This document shows positions 10,711-24,934 of a stretch of 64,000 nt of DNA, piece by piece. The stretch lies in the NCBI RefSeq assembly GCF_009914755.1, contig NC_060948.1. One strand, 5' to 3'. Position numbers and translations under genes: made by a program. Position 1 is the first letter of the stretch. Every line of letters begins with the position of its first letter. This DNA comes from the human T2T-CHM13v2.0 reference genome, Homo sapiens. Under the pieces are notes generated by a model that worked only from the letters and a program-made list of their open reading frames with translations, made no database searches and was not told where the DNA came from.

Positions 10711-13700
10711 GGAAAGGACTCGAATTTCATGAAACGGAATGGAATGAATTGGAACGGAATGGACTCGAATGGAATGGAATGTCATGGAATGGCATCAAAT
10801 GGAATGGCATCAAATGGAATGGAATCGAATGCAATGGAATGCTATGGAATGGAATGGAATGCATTGGAATGGAATGTCCTCTAATGGAATGGATTCGAGT
10901 GGAATGGAATCGAATATAATGGAGTCGAACGAAATGGAATTGAAAGGAATGGGATCGAATTCAATGGAATATACTGCAATGTAATGTAATGAACTCGAAT
11001 GTAATTGACTGGAATGGAATGTACATGAATGGAATGTAATCGAATGGAAAGTAATCCAACGGAATAGAATCTAATGCAATAAAATCGACTCAGATAGAGT
11101 AGAATGTAATGGAATGGAGTGCAGTGCAATGGAATGGAATGGAATGGAATGCAATGGAATGGAATGGAATGGAATGGAATGGAATGGAATGGAATGGAAT
11201 GGGATGGAATGGTATGGAATGGATAGTAATGGACTGGAGTGAAATGGACTGGAAAGGAATGGACTCAAATTGAAAGGGCTCGAAAGGAATGCAGTCAAAT
11301 GCAATGGTCTGGAATGGAATGAAGACGAATGTATTGCAATCCAATAGAATGGAATCGAATGGCATGGAATATAAAGAAATGGAATCGAAGAGAATGGAAA
11401 CAAATGGAATGGAATTGAATGGAATGGAATTGAATAGAATGGGAACGAATGGAATGAAATTGTATGCAGTAGAAGAGAATAGAATGGAATGCAAGCGAAA
11501 GGAAAGGAATGGATTGGAATGGAATGGAATTCATTGGAATGCAAGGGAATGTAGTGTAATGGACAGGCCTGGAATAAAGTGGAATGCTACGGTCTCGAAT
11601 GGAATAAAAATGTATGGAATGGAATGCAATGAAACGGAATCGAATGTCATAGAATGTAATGGAATGCAAAAAAATGGAATCCAAAATCATTGACTGGAAA
11701 GGCTGGGTGTCGAAAGGAATTGACTCCAATGGAATGGAATCAAATGGAATGGAAGTGAATAGAATCGAACTAAATCGAATGGAATGGAATTGATAGGAAC
11801 GGAATGGAAAGGAATGCAATGATTTGGCATGGAATGGAATCGAATGGCATCGAATGGAATGGAATGGAATGCAATGGAATGGAATGTATTAGAATGTAAT
11901 GAACTTTAATGGAATGTACTCGAATGGATTCGACTGGAATGGAATGTTGTGGAAGTGAATGGACTCCAATGGAATGGATTGAAAAGGAATGGAATCGTAC
12001 GGAATGGAATCTAATGGAATGGAATTAAATGGAAATGAATCAAATTGAATAGCACGGAATTGAATTGAATGGAATGGAATGCAATGGAATCTAATGAAAC
12101 GGAAAGGAAAGGAATGGAATGGAATGGAATGGGCTGGAATGGAAAGGAATCGAAACGAATGGAATGGAATCGAACTGAAGAGACTGGAATGGAATGCACT
12201 GGAATGGAAGGGAGTGTAATGGAAGGTTGTCGAAAAAAATGGAATCGAATGGAATGGAATTGAATGGAACGGAATAGAGTCGAATGGAATTGAATGGAAT
12301 GGAATGGACTAGAGTGAAATGGAATCGAACCACAAGGAATGGACAGGAATAGAATGGTCTCGAATTGAATGGAATCGTATGGAATGGCATCAAACGGAAT
12401 GGAATGGACAGCCACGGAATGGAATGCACTCGAATGCAATGGAGTCGAAACTAATGGACTGGAATAGAATGGACTCGACTGGTACGGACTCCAATGGAAT
12501 GGAATCGAATGGAAGGGAATCGAACGGAATGGACTCGAAGGGAAAAGACTGCAATGGAAAGGTCTCGAATGGAATGGAAATTAATGGAATGGAATGGAAT
12601 CGAATGAAAAGGAGTCAAAAGGAATGGAATCGAATGGCAAGAAATCGAATGTAATGGAATCGCAAGGAATTGATGTGAACGGAATGGAATGGAATGGAAT
12701 CCAAAGGAATGGAATAGAATGGAATGGAATCGAATGGAAAGGACTCGAATGGAAATCACTCGAATAGAATGCAATTTAATAAAATAGGATCAAATGTAAT
12801 GGAATGGAATGGAAAGGAATCGAAACGAAAGGAATGGAGACAGATGGAATGGAATGGAACAGAGAGCAATGGTATAGAATGGAATGGAATCATCTGGAAT
12901 GGAATTGAATGGAATGGAATAATATGAAATGGAATGGAATGGAATGGAATGGAATGCCCTTGAATTAAATGGACTGGAATGGAATGGACTCGAACAGAGT
13001 GGAATGGAAAGTGTTGAGATAGAATGGAATGGACTCCTTTGGAATGGTGTAGTATGCAATGCAATCGACTGGCAGGGAATCAAAAGGAATGTAATGGAAT
13101 GGATTGGACTGGAATGCAATGGACTCGAATAGATTGGAAACGGAATGCAAAGGAATGGAATGGAATAGTATGGAATGGAATGGAAAGGAATGGAGTGGAA
13201 TAGACTAGAGTGGAATGGAATGGACTGGAAAGCAATGGACTGGAATGGAACTTTCTTGAATGGACTGGAATCAAACGGAATGGAATGCAATGCAATCAAA
13301 TGGCATGGAATAAAATAGAATGAAAGAGAATCAAATGGAATTGAATCGAATGGAATCGAATGGATTGGAAAGGAATAGAATGGAATGGAATGGAATGGAC
13401 TAGAATGGAATGGATTCGAATGGAAGGCAAAGGAATGGAATCTATTGGAATGGACTGTAATGGAATGGAATGGAAGGGATTGGAATGGACTCGAATGGAA
13501 TGGACTGCAATAGAAAGGATTCGAATGGAATGAAAAAGAATTGAATGGAATAGAACAGAATGGAATCAAATCGAATGAAATGGAATGGAATAGAAAGGAA
13601 TGGAATGAAATGGAATGGAAAGGATTCGAATGGAATGCAATCGAATGGAATGGAATCGAACGGAATGGAATAAAATGGAAGAAAACTGGCAAGAAATGGA

Positions 13701-14264
13701 ATCGAAATGAATGGAGTGTTATGGAACGGACTCAAAAGGAATTGAATGTAATAGAATGGAGTGGAGTGGACTCGAATATAATGGACTGGAATGGAATGAA
13801 ATCACATGGAATGGGAACGAATGGAATGGAATGGAAAGGAATGGAATCGAATGGAAAGGAATCGAATGGAAGGGAATGAAATTGAATCAACAGGAATGGA
13901 AGGGAATAGAATAGACGGTAATGGAATGGACTCGAATAGAATGGACACGAATGCTGAAATTGAATGGACTCGAATGGAATGGAAACGAAAGGAATGTCAT
14001 CGAATGGAATTGAATCGATTGGAATGAAATCGCATAGAATGGAGTGGAATCAAATGGAATTGAATCGAAAGGAAAGGAAGCGAATGGACTGAAATGAAAT
14101 GGAATGGAATTGAATGGAAAGTAATGCAATGGAATAGAATGGAACGAAATTTCACGGAATGGAATCAAACTGAATGGAATCAAATCAATGGAATCAAATC
14201 AAATGGAATGGAAAGGAATTGAATGGAGTAGATTGGATTGGATGGGATTGGAATGAAATGTACT
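10711..14264 (+). repeat. DYZ1 unit U4 (3554 bp)
   Basis: Landmark spacing. Carries a 15-bp deletion near 13395 and two TTC>TTG changes. Confidence 0.9.
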
Positions 14265-17200
14265 GGAAAGGACTCGAATTTCATGAAACGGAATGGAATG
14301 AATTGGAACGGAATGGACTCGAATGGAATGGAATGTCATGGAATGGCATCAAATGGAATGGCATCAAATGGAATGGAATCGAATGCAATGGAATGCTATG
14401 GAATGGAATGGAATGCATTGGAATGGAATGTCCTCTAATGGAATGGATTCGAGTGGAATGGAATCGAATATAATGGAGTCGAATGAAATGGAATTGAAAG
14501 GAATGGGATCGAATACAATGGAATATACTGGAATGTAATGTAATGAACTCGAATGTAATTGACTGGAATGGAATGTACATGAATGGAATGTAATCGAATG
14601 GAAAGTAATCCAATGGAATAGAATCTAATGCAATAAAACCGACTCAGATAGAGTAGTATGTAATGGAATGGAGTGCAGTGCAATGGAATGGAATGGAATG
14701 GAATGCAAAGGAATGGAATGGAATGGAATGGAATGGAATGGAATGGGATGGGTTGGAATGGTATGGAATGGATAGTAATGGACTGGAGTGAAATGGACTG
14801 GAAAGGAATGGACTCAAATTGAAAGGGCTCGAAAGGAATGGAGTCAAATGGAATGGTCTGGAATGGAATGAACACGAATGTAATGCAATCCAATAGAATG
14901 GAATCGAATGGCATGGAATATAAAGAAATGGAATCGAAGAGAATGGAAACAAATGGAATGGAATTGAATGGAATGGAATTGAATGGAATGGGAACGAATG
15001 GAGTGAAATTTTATGCAGTAGAAAGGAATAGAATGGAATGCAAGCGAAAGGAAAGGAATGGATTGGAATGGAATGGAATTCATTGGAATGGAAGGGAATG
15101 TAGTGTAATGGACAGGCCTGGAATAAAGTGGAATGCTACGGTCTCGAATGGAATAAAAATGTATGGAATGGAATGCAATGAAACGGAATCGAATGTCATA
15201 GAATGTAATGGAATGCAAAAAAATGGAATCCAAAATCATTGACTGGAAAGGCTGGGTGTCGAAAGGAATTGACTCCAATGGAATGGAATCGAATGGAATG
15301 GAAGTGAATAGAATCGAACTAAATCGAATGGAATGGAATTGATAGGAACGGAATGGAAAGGAATGCAATGATTTGGCATGGAATGGAATCGAATGGCATC
15401 GAATGGAATGGAATGGAATGCAATGGAATGGAATGTATTAGAATGTAATGAACTTTAATGGAATGTACTCGAATGGATTCGACTGGAATGGAATGTTCCG
15501 GAAGTGAATGGACTCCAATGGAATGGATTCAAAAGGAATGGAATCGTACGGAATGGAATCTAATGGAATGGAATTAAATGGAAATGAATCAAATTGAATA
15601 GCACGGAATTGAATTGAATGGAATCGAATGCAATGGAATCTAATGAAACGGAAAGGAAAGGAATGGAATGGAACGGAATGGGCTGGAATGGAAAGGAATC
15701 GAAACGAATGGAATGGAATCGAACTGAAGAGACTGGAATGGAATGCACTGGAATGGAAGGGAGTGTAATGGAAGGTTCTCGAAAAAAATGGAATCGAATG
15801 GAATGGAATTGAATGGAACGGAATAGAGTCGAATGGAATTGAATGGAATGGAATGGACTAGAGTGAAATGGAATCGAACCACAAGGAATGGACAGGAATA
15901 GAATGGTCTCGAATTGAATGGAATCGTATGGAATGACATCAAACGGAATGGAATGGACAGCCACGGAATGGAATGCACTCGAATGCAATGGAGTCGAAAC
16001 TAATGGACTGGAATAGAATGGACTCGACTGGTACGGACTCCAATGGAATGGAATCGAATGGAAGGGAATCGAACGGAATGGACTCGAAGGGAAAAGACTG
16101 CAATGGAAAGGTCTCGAATGGAATGGAAATTAATGGAATGGAATGGAATCGAATGAAATGGAGTCAAAAGGAATGGAATCGAATGGCAAGAAATCGAATG
16201 TAATGGAATCGCAAGGAATTGATGTGAACGGAACGGAATGGAATGGAATCCAAAGGAATGGAATAGAATGGAATGGAATCGAATGGAAAGGACTCGAATG
16301 GAAATCACTCGAATAGAATGCAATTTAATAAAATAGGATCAAATGTAATGGAATGGAATGGAAAGGAATCGAAACGAAAGGAATGGAGACAGATGGAATG
16401 GAATGGAACAGAGAGCAATGGTATAGAATGGAATGGAATCATGTGGAATGGAATTGAATGGAATGGAATAATATGAAATGGAATGGAATGGAATGCCCTT
16501 GAATTAAATGGACTGGAATGGAATGGACTCGAACAGAGTGGAATGGAAAGTGTTGAGATAGAATGGAATGGACTCCTTTGGAATGGTGTAGTATGCAATG
16601 CAATCGACTGGCAGGGAATCAAAAGGAATGTAATGGAATGGATTGGACTGGAATGCAATGGACTCGAATAGATTGGAAACGGAATGCAAAGGAATGGAAT
16701 GGAATAGTATGGAATGGAATGGAAAGGAATGGAGTGGAATAGACTAGAGTGGAATGGAATGGACTGGAAAGCAATGGACTGGAATGGAACTTTCTTGAAT
16801 GGACTGGAATCAAACGGAATGGAATGCAATGCAATCAAATGGCATGGAATAAAATAGAATGAAAGAGAATCAAATGGAATTGAATCGAATGGAATCGAAT
16901 GGATTGGAAAGGAATAGAATGGAATGGAATGGAATGGACTAGAATGGAATGGATTCGAATGGAAGGCAAAGGAATGGAATCTATTGGAATGGACTGTAAT
17001 GGAATGGAATGGAAGGGATTGGAATGGACTCGAATGGAATGGACTGCAATAGAAAGGATTCGAATGGAATGAAAAAGAATTGAATGGAATAGAACAGAAT
17101 GGAATCAAATCGAATGAAATGGAATGGAATAGAAAGGAATGGAATGAAATGGAATGGAAAGGATTCGAATGGAATGCAATCGAATGGAATGGAATCGAAC

Positions 17201-17803
17201 GGAATGGAATAAAATGGAAGAAAACTGGCAAGAAATGGAATCGAAATGAATGGAGTGTTATGGAACGGACTCAAAAGGAATTGAATGTAATAGAATGGAG
17301 TGGAGTGGACTCGAATATAATGGACTGGAATGGAATGAAATCACATGGAATGGGAACGAATGGAATGGAATGGAAAGGAATGGAATCGAATGGAAAGGAA
17401 TCGAATGGAAGGGAATGAAATTGAATCAACAGGAATGGAAGGGAATAGAATAGACGGTAATGGAATGGACTCGAATAGAATGGACACGAATGCTGAAATT
17501 GAATGGACTCGAATGGAATGGAAACGAAAGGAATGTCATCGAATGGAATTGAATCGATTGGAATGAAATCGCATAGAATGGAGTGGAATCAAATGGAATT
17601 GAATCGAAAGGAAAGGAAGCGAATGGACTGAAATGAAATGGAATGGAATTGAATGGAAAGTAATGCAATGGAATAGAATGGAACGAAATTTCACGGAATG
17701 GAATCAAACTGAATGGAATCAAATCAATGGAATCAAATCAAATGGAATGGAAAGGAATTGAATGGAGTAGATTGGATTGGATGGGATTGGAATGAAATGT
17801 ACT
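14265..17803 (+). repeat. DYZ1 unit U5 (3539 bp)
   Basis: Landmark spacing. Confidence 0.9.
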
Positions 17804-20800
17804 GGAAAGGACTCGAATTTCATGAAACGGAATGGAATGAATTGGAACGGAATGGACTCGAATGGAATGGAATGTCATGGAATGGCATCAAATGGAATGG
17901 CATCAAATGGAATGGAATCGAATGCAATGGAATGCTATGGAATGGAATGGAATGCATTGGAATGGAATGTCCTCTAATGGAATGGATTCGAGTGGAATGG
18001 AATCGAATATAATGGAGTCGAATGAAATGGAATTGAAAGGAATGGGATCGAATACAATGGAATATACTGGAATGTAATGTAATGAACTCGAATGTAATTG
18101 ACTGGAATGGAATGTACATGAATGGAATGTAATCGAATGGAAAGTAATCCAATGGAATAGAATCTAATGCAATAAAACCGACTCAGATAGAGTAGTATGT
18201 AATGGAATGGAGTGCAGTGCAATGGAATGGAATGGAATGGAATGCAATGGAATGGAATGGAATGGAATGGAATGGAATGGAATGGGATGGGTTGGAATGG
18301 TATGGAATGGATAGTAATGGACTGGAGTGAAATGGACTGGAAAGGAATGGACTCAAATTGAAAGGGCTCGAAAGGAATGGAGTCAAATGGAATGGTCTGG
18401 AATGGAATGAACACGAATGTAATGCAATCCAATAGAATGGAATCGAATGGCATGGAATATAAAGAAATGGAATCGAAGAGAATGGAAACAAATGGAATGG
18501 AATTGAATGGAATGGAATTGAATGGAATGGGAACGAATGGAGTGAAATTTTATGCAGTAGAAAGGAATAGAATGGAATGCAAGCGAAAGGAAAGGAATGG
18601 ATTGGAATGGAATGGAATTCATTGGAATGGAAGGGAATGTAGTGTAATGGACAGGCCTGGAATAAAGTGGAATGCTACGGTCTCGAATGGAATAAAAATG
18701 TATGGAATGGAATGCAATGAAACGGAATCGAATGTCATAGAATGTAATGGAATGCAAAAAAATGGAATCCAAAATCATTGACTGGAAAGGCTGGGTGTCG
18801 AAAGGAATTGACTCCAATGGAATGGAATCGAATGGAATGGAAGTGAATAGAATCGAACTAAATCGAATGGAATGGAATTGATAGGAACGGAATGGAAAGG
18901 AATGCAATGATTTGGCATGGAATGGAATCGAATGGCATCGAATGGAATGGAATGGAATGCAATGGAATGGAATGTATTAGAATGTAATGAACTTTAATGG
19001 AATGTACTCGAATGGATTCGACTGGAATGGAATGTTCCGGAAGTGAATGGACTCCAATGGAATGGATTCAAAAGGAATGGAATCGTACGGAATGGAATCT
19101 AATGGAATGGAATTAAATGGAAATGAATCAAATTGAATAGCACGGAATTGAATTGAATGGAATCGAATGCAATGGAATCTAATGAAACGGAAAGGAAAGG
19201 AATGGAATGGAACGGAATGGGCTGGAATGGAAAGGAATCGAAACGAATGGAATGGAATCGAACTGAAGAGACTGGAATGGAATGCACTGGAATGGAAGGG
19301 AGTGTAATGGAAGGTTCTCGAAAAAAATGGAATCGAATGGAATGGAATTGAATGGAACGGAATAGAGTCGAATGGAATTGAATGGAATGGAATGGACTAG
19401 AGTGAAATGGAATCGAACCACAAGGAATGGACAGGAATAGAATGGTCTCGAATTGAATGGAATCGTATGGAATGACATCAAACGGAATGGAATGGACACC
19501 CACGGAATGGAATGCACTCGAATGCAATGGAGTCGAAACTAATGGACTGGAATAGAATGGACTCGACTGGTACGGACTCCAATGGAATGGAATCGAATGG
19601 AAGGGAATCGAACGGAATGGACTCGAAGGGAAAAGACTGCAATGGAAAGGTCTCGAATGGAATGGAAATTAATGGAATGGAATGGAATCGAATGAAATGG
19701 AGTCAAAAGGAATGGAATCGAATGGCAAGAAATCGAATGTAATGGAATCGCAAGGAATTGATGTGAACGGAACGGAATGGAATGGAATCCAAAGGAATGG
19801 AATAGAATGGAATGGAATCGAATGGAAAGGACTCGAATGGAAATCACTCGAATAGAATGCAATTTAATAAAATAGGATCAAATGTAATGGAATGGAATGG
19901 AAAGGAATCGAAACGAAAGGAATGGAGACAGATGGAATGGAATGGAACAGAGAGCAATGGTATAGAATGGAATGGAATCATGTGGAATGGAATTGAATGG
20001 AATGGAATAATATGAAATGGAATGGAATGGAATGCCCTTGAATTAAATGGACTGGAATGGAATGGACTCGAACAGAGTGGAATGGAAAGTGTTGAGATAG
20101 AATGGAATGGACTCCTTTGGAATGGTGTAGTATGCAATGCAATCGACTGGCAGGGAATCAAAAGGAATGTAATGGAATGGATTGGACTGGAATGCAATGG
20201 ACTCGAATAGATTGGAAACGGAATGCAAAGGAATGGAATGGAATAGTATGGAATGGAATGGAAAGGAATGGAGTGGAATAGACTAGAGTGGAATGGAATG
20301 GACTGGAAAGCAATGGACTGGATTGGAACTTTCTTGAATGGACTGGAATCAAACGGAATGGAATGCAATGCAATCAAATGGCATGGAATAAAATAGAATG
20401 AAAGAGAATCAAATGGAATTGAATCGAATGGAATCGAATGGATTGGAAAGGAATAGAATGGAATGGAATGGAATTGACTCAAATGGAATGGACTAGAATG
20501 GAATGGATTCGAATGGAAGGCAAAGGAATGGAATCTATTGGAATGGACTGTAATGGAATGGAATGGAAGGGATTGGAATGGACTCGAATGGAATGGACTG
20601 CAATAGAAAGGATTCGAATGGAATGAAAAAGAATTGAATGGAATAGAACAGAATGGAATCAAATCGAATGAAATGGAATGGAATAGAAAGGAATGGAATG
20701 AAATGGAATGGAAAGGATTCGAATGGAATGCAATCGAATGGAATGGAATCGAACGGAATGGAATAAAATGGAAGAAAACTGGCAAGAAATGGAATCGAAA

Positions 20801-21356
20801 TGAATGGAGTGTTATGGAACGGACTCAAAAGGAATTGAATGTAATAGAATGGAGTGGAGTGGACTCGAATATAATGGACTGGAATGGAATGAAATCACAT
20901 GGAATGGGAACGAATGGAATGGAATGGAAAAGAATGGAATCGAATGGAAAGGAATCGAATGGAAGGGAATGAAATTGAATCAACAGGAATGGAAGGGAAT
21001 AGAATAGATGGTAATGGAATGGACTCGAATAGAATGGACACGAATGCTCAAATTGAATGGACTCGAATGGAATGGAAACGAAAGGAATGTCATCGAATGG
21101 AATTGAATCGATTGGAATGAAATCGCATAGAATGGAGTGGAATCAAATGGAATTGAATCGAAAGGAAAGGAAGCGAATGGACTGAAATGAAATGGAATGG
21201 AATTGAATGGAAAGTAATGCAATGGAATAGAATGGAACGAAATTTCACGGAATGGAATCAAACTGAATGGAATCAAATCAATGGAATCTAATCAAAGGAA
21301 TGGAAAGGAATTGAATGGAGTAGATTGGATTGGATGGGATTGGAATGAAATGTACT
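17804..21356 (+). repeat. DYZ1 unit U6 (3553 bp)
   Basis: Landmark spacing. Very similar to U3. Confidence 0.9.
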
Positions 21357-24300
21357 GGAAAGGACTCGAATTTCATGAAACGGAATGGAATGAATTGGAA
21401 CGGAATGGACTCGAATGGAATGGAATGTCATGGAATGGCATCAAATGGAATGGCATCAAATGGAATGGAATCGAATGCAATGGAATGCTATGGAATGGAA
21501 TGGAATGCATTGGAATGGAATGTCCTCTAATGGAATGGATTCGAGTGGAATGGAATCGAATATAATGGAGTCGAATGAAATGGAATTGAAAGGAATGGGA
21601 TCGAATTCAATGGAATATACTGCAATGTAATGTAATGAACTCGAATGTAATTGACTGGAATGGAATGTACATGAATGGAATGTAATCGAATGGAAAGTAA
21701 TCCAATGGAATAGAATCTAATGCAATAAAATCGACTCAGATAGAGTAGAATGTAATGGAATGGAGTGCAGTGCAATGGAATGGAATGGAATGGAATGCAA
21801 TGGAATGGAGTGGAATGCAATGGAATGGAATGGAATGGAATGGAATGGAATGGAATGGAATGGAATGGGATGGAATGCTATGGAATGGATAGTAATGGAC
21901 TGGAGTGAAATGGACTGGAAAGGAATGGACTCAAATTGAAAGGGCTCGAAAGGAATGCAGTCAAATGCAATGGTCTGGAATGGAATGAAGACGAATGTAT
22001 TGCAATCCAATAGAATGGAATCGAATGGCATGGAATATAAAGAAATGGAATCGAAGAGAATGGAAACAAATGGAATGGAATTGAATGGAATGGAATTGAA
22101 TAGAATGGGAACGAATGGAATGAAATTGTATGCAGTAGAAGAGAATAGAATGGAATGCAAGCGAAAGGAAAGGAATGGATTGGAATGGAATGGAATTCAT
22201 TGGAATGCAAGGGAATGTAGTGTAATGGACAGGCCTGGAATAAAGTGGAATGCTACGGTCTCGAATGGAATAAAAATGTATGGAATGGAATGCAATGAAA
22301 CGGAATCGAATGTCATAGAATGTAATGGAATGCAAAAAAATGGAATCCAAAATCATTGACTGGAAAGGCTGGGTGTCGAAAGGAATTGACTCCAATGGAA
22401 TGGAATCAAATGGAATGGAAGTGAATAGAATCGAACTAAATCGAATGGAATGGAATTGATAGGAACGGAATGGAAAGGAATGCAATGATTTGGCATGGAA
22501 TGGAATCGAATGGCATCGAATGGAATGGAATGGAATGCAATGGAATGGAATGTATTAGAATGGAATGAACTTTAATGGAATGTACTCGAATGGATTCGAC
22601 TGGAATGGAATGTTCTGGAAGTGAATGGACTCCAATGGAATGGATTCAAAAGGAATGGAATCGTACGGAATGGAATCTAATGGAATGGAATTAAATGGAA
22701 ATGAATCAAATTGAATAGCACGGAATTGAATTGAATGGAATGGAATGCAATGGAATCTAATGAAACGGAAAGGAAAGGAATGGAATGGAATGGAATGGGC
22801 TGGAATGGAAAGGAATCGAAACGAATGGAATGGAATCGAAGTGAAGAGACTGGAATGGAATGCACTGGAATGGAAGGGAGTGTAATGGAAGGTTCTCGAA
22901 AAAAATGGAATGGAATGGAATGGAATTGAATGGAACGGAATAGAGTCGAATGGAATTGAATGGAATGGAATGGACTAGAGTGAAATGGAATCGAACCACA
23001 AGGAATGGACAGGAATAGAATGGTCTCGAATTGAATGGAATCGTATGGAATGGCATCAAACGGAATGGAATGGACAGCCACGGAATGGAATGCACTCGAA
23101 TGCAATGGAGTCGAAACTAATGGACTGGAATAGAATGGACTCGACTGGTACGGACTCCAATGGAATGGAATCGAATGGAAGGGAATCGAACGGAATGGAC
23201 TCGAAGGGAAAAGACTGCAATGGAAAGGTCTCGAATGGAATGGAAATTAATGGAATGGAATGGAATCGAATGAAAAGGAGTCAAAAGGAATGGAATCGAA
23301 TGGCAAGAAATCGAATGTAATGGAATCGCAAGGAATTGATGTGAACGGAACGGAATGGAATGGAATCCAAAGGAATGGAATAGAATGGAATGGAATCGAA
23401 TGGAAAGGACTCGAATGGAAATCACTCGAATAGAATGCAATTTAATAAAATAGGATCAAATGTAATGGAATGGAATGGAAAGGAATCGAAACGAAAGGAA
23501 TGGAGACAGATGGAATGGAATGGAACAGAGAGCAATGGTATAGAATGGAATGGAATCATCTGGAATGGAATTGAATGGAATGGAATAATATGAAATGGAA
23601 TGGAATGGAATGCCCTTGAATTAAATGGACTGGAATGGAATGGACTCGAACAGAGTGGAATGGAAAGTGTTGAGATAGAATGGAATGGACTCCTTTGGAA
23701 TGGTGTAGTATGCAATGCAATCGACTGGCAGGGAATCAAAAGGAATGTAATGGAATGGATTGGACTGGAATGCAATGGACTCGAATAGATTGGAAACGGA
23801 ATGCAAAGGAATGGAATGGAATAGTATGGAATGGAATGGAAAGGAATGGAGTGGAATAGACTAGAGTGGAATGGAATGGACTGGAAAGCAATGGACTGGA
23901 TTGGAACTTTCTTGAATGGACTGGAATCAAACGGAATGGAATGCAATGCAATCAAATGGCATGGAATAAAATAGAATGAAAGAGAATCAAATGGAATTGA
24001 ATCGAATGGAATCGAATGGATTGGAAAGGAATAGAATGGAATGGAATGGAATTGACTCAAATGGAATGGACTAGAATGGAATGGATTCGAATGGAAGGCA
24101 AAGGAATGGAATCTATTGGAATGGACTGTAATGGAATGGAATGGAAGGGATTGGAATGGACTCGAATGGAATGGACTGCAATAGAAAGGATTCGAATGGA
24201 ATGAAAAAGAATTGAATGGAATAGAACAGAATGGAATCAAATCGAATGAAATGGAATGGAATAGAAAGGAATGGAATGAAATGGAATGGAAAGGATTCGA

Positions 24301-24934
24301 ATGGAATGCAATCGAATGGAATGGAATCGAACGGAATGGAATAAAATGGAAGAAAACTGGCAAGAAATGGAATCGAAATGAATGGAGTGTTATGGAACGG
24401 ACTCAAAAGGAATTGAATGTAATAGAATGGAGTGGAGTGGACTCGAATATAATGGACTGGAATGGAATGAAATCACATGGAATGGGAACGAATGGAATGG
24501 AATGGAAAAGAATGGAATCGAATGGAAAGGAATCGAATGGAAGGGAATGAAATTGAATCAACAGGAATGGAAGGGAATAGAATAGATGGTAATGGAATGG
24601 ACTCGAATAGAATGGACACGAATGCTCAAATTGAATGGACTCGAATGGAATGGAAACGAAAGGAATGTCATCGAATGGAATTGAATCGATTGGAATGAAA
24701 TCGCATAGAATGGAGTGGAATCAAATGGAATTGAATCGAAAGGAAAGGAAGCGAATGGACTGAAATGAAATGGAATGGAATTGAATGGAAAGTAATGCAA
24801 TGGAATAGAATGGAACGAAATTTCACGGAATGGAATCAAACTGAATGGAATCAAATCAATGGAATCTAATCAAAGGAATGGAAAGGAATTGAATGGAGTA
24901 GATTGGATTGGATGGGATTGGAATGAAATGTACT
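21357..24934 (+). repeat. DYZ1 unit U7 (3578 bp)
   Basis: Landmark spacing. Confidence 0.9.
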
